Part shown: piece by piece, positions 62,951-64,000 of the stretch
How positions within the stretch are numbered: position 1 is the stretch's first letter
Layout of the letters: the number at the start of each line of letters is the position of its first letter
Assembly (NCBI RefSeq): GCF_001194135.2
Contig: NC_068983.1
Span: 33,081,709-33,145,708, forward strand
Length of the DNA: 64,000 bases
Reading direction: 5' to 3'
Origin: Octopus bimaculoides
Lineage: Eukaryota
Translations under genes and position numbers: made by a program
The notes under the pieces: model-generated
The model's input: the letters and a program-made list of their open reading frames with translations, nothing else
The model's database searches: none
What the model was told of the DNA's origin: nothing

Positions 62951-64000
62951 TACCCATAAAGGGCTATACAAAGAATTTTTAAGACATCACAAAACATAAA
63001 GACAGTACAAAACGCAAACATAAAATCGGGGTAATTAAAATAAAATGATAATATGCAAGAATGAAAAAAGTGAGGCGCAATGTCCACTCGATCCCTGAAG
63101 TCGGGTGGTTACATTTATCCAGTTTTTCACTTTTACGTTCAACGTCATGTAAACATTTTAACGGTTTTGCAACTCAAAAAATTCAAACACTCGCGTTACC
63201 TTTCTTCCATTAATCATTGTTACGTCCGTCCTTAACAACTGCAAATAATCAGTTCTAGTGGGTGGTTTCTCCACCAACCATATCCATTTCGTTATTATAT
63301 TTTCACCAAATTCTTTTATGCACTCGAAGCATCTTTCCTCACGTATCAAAATGCATTTTTCAGCACATTTCTCTGGCATTTTCACTCTTATTATTTCTTC
63401 TAACCTCTCGAATTTTCTCTCCATCTGCTCGCAATTCTCGTACTTTATCATATCAAAAGCCCCTTGTATTTCACATCTTTATCCGTTCTCTCCTCCTCTT
63501 CTTGTACATTATTAGTTTCTGGCTTTTTTTATGTCTTTTTGTTTTCCGTTGACCGTTCCTTTGACTTATTTTTCCTTCACTTTTTAGGGTTAGTAGCTCC
63601 ATTTTCGTTCTTCTCCTTTGTTTTCTCTGTTTCACACTTCTGTCTCTCTTTTATTTCCTCAGTGTGGTCTACAATTCTTTCCTCCTCTGTTTGTGCTTTC
63701 TTTTGCTGTGGCTGTGTGAACTCATATAGGGGGCATTTGGTCTTCATATGACCTCTCTCCTCGCATATATAACAATTTGGTTTTCTTCCCTCGACTACGA
63801 CATTTAACGGTTTCTCGTCCTCCACTTCTATCTGGTAGGGAATTCTTTCTATGTCCTCGAATGTGGCAAAAAGCCACATTTCGAGTTCAAATCCCCACCA
63901 TTTGCACACTTTTGTTTTCGCCACTAGTCCCAATTCCGGCTCCTCCTTGGTTGCAGCCAGCACTGTTGCAACCAACCACTCTGGTTTAATGTCTGGTGTA
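62951..64000 (-). mobile_element. Non-LTR ORF1-like pseudogene with CCHC zinc knuckle, no adjacent ORF2
   Basis: VVVEGRKPNCYICEERGHMKTKC (CX2CX4HX4C), K/E-rich linker, second segment 63158..63451, then about 200 bp of T-rich UTR-like sequence into a gap. Confidence 0.75.

Overview
AT-rich eukaryotic draft-assembly sequence with many N gaps, usually at (TA)n/(CA)n microsatellites. The repeat content (several abundant tRNA-derived SINE families, RTE-type LINE 3' ends with (GAT)n tails, Penelope-like elements, mariner/Tc1, hAT, piggyBac and GG-ended MITEs, a Helitron relic) suggests an octopus or other coleoid cephalopod; this is an inference, not a database match. One complete protein-coding gene can be rebuilt by hand from splice signals and is mostly invisible in the ORF track. 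It is a five-exon minus-strand gene (49716 to 28140) encoding a 140-aa single-pass membrane protein with a signal peptide, a six-cysteine C-C-CC-CC ectodomain, a WWFW-led transmembrane helix and a PPxY tail (VOPP1/WBP1/Shisa-like adaptor class). Other notable items: (1) a host-like coding fragment inserted in a decayed mariner in intron 1, whose frame reopens when a later SINE is removed; (2) a nearly canonical type I hammerhead ribozyme in a Penelope-like LTR; (3) a young, near-palindromic 572-bp MITE with a head-to-head telomeric-repeat core just upstream of the gene; (4) an 86-bp fold-back MITE with a perfect 9-bp TSD; (5) a 374-bp inverted duplication of a mariner junction; (6) a CpG/NRF1/ETS promoter-like island inside intron 3; (7) candidate microexons of a second gene; (8) an apparently ORF1-only zinc-knuckle retroelement. 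No CRISPR array, rRNA or bona fide tRNA gene was found. I cannot claim a wholly new biological system; all family assignments come from motif recognition without database searches.
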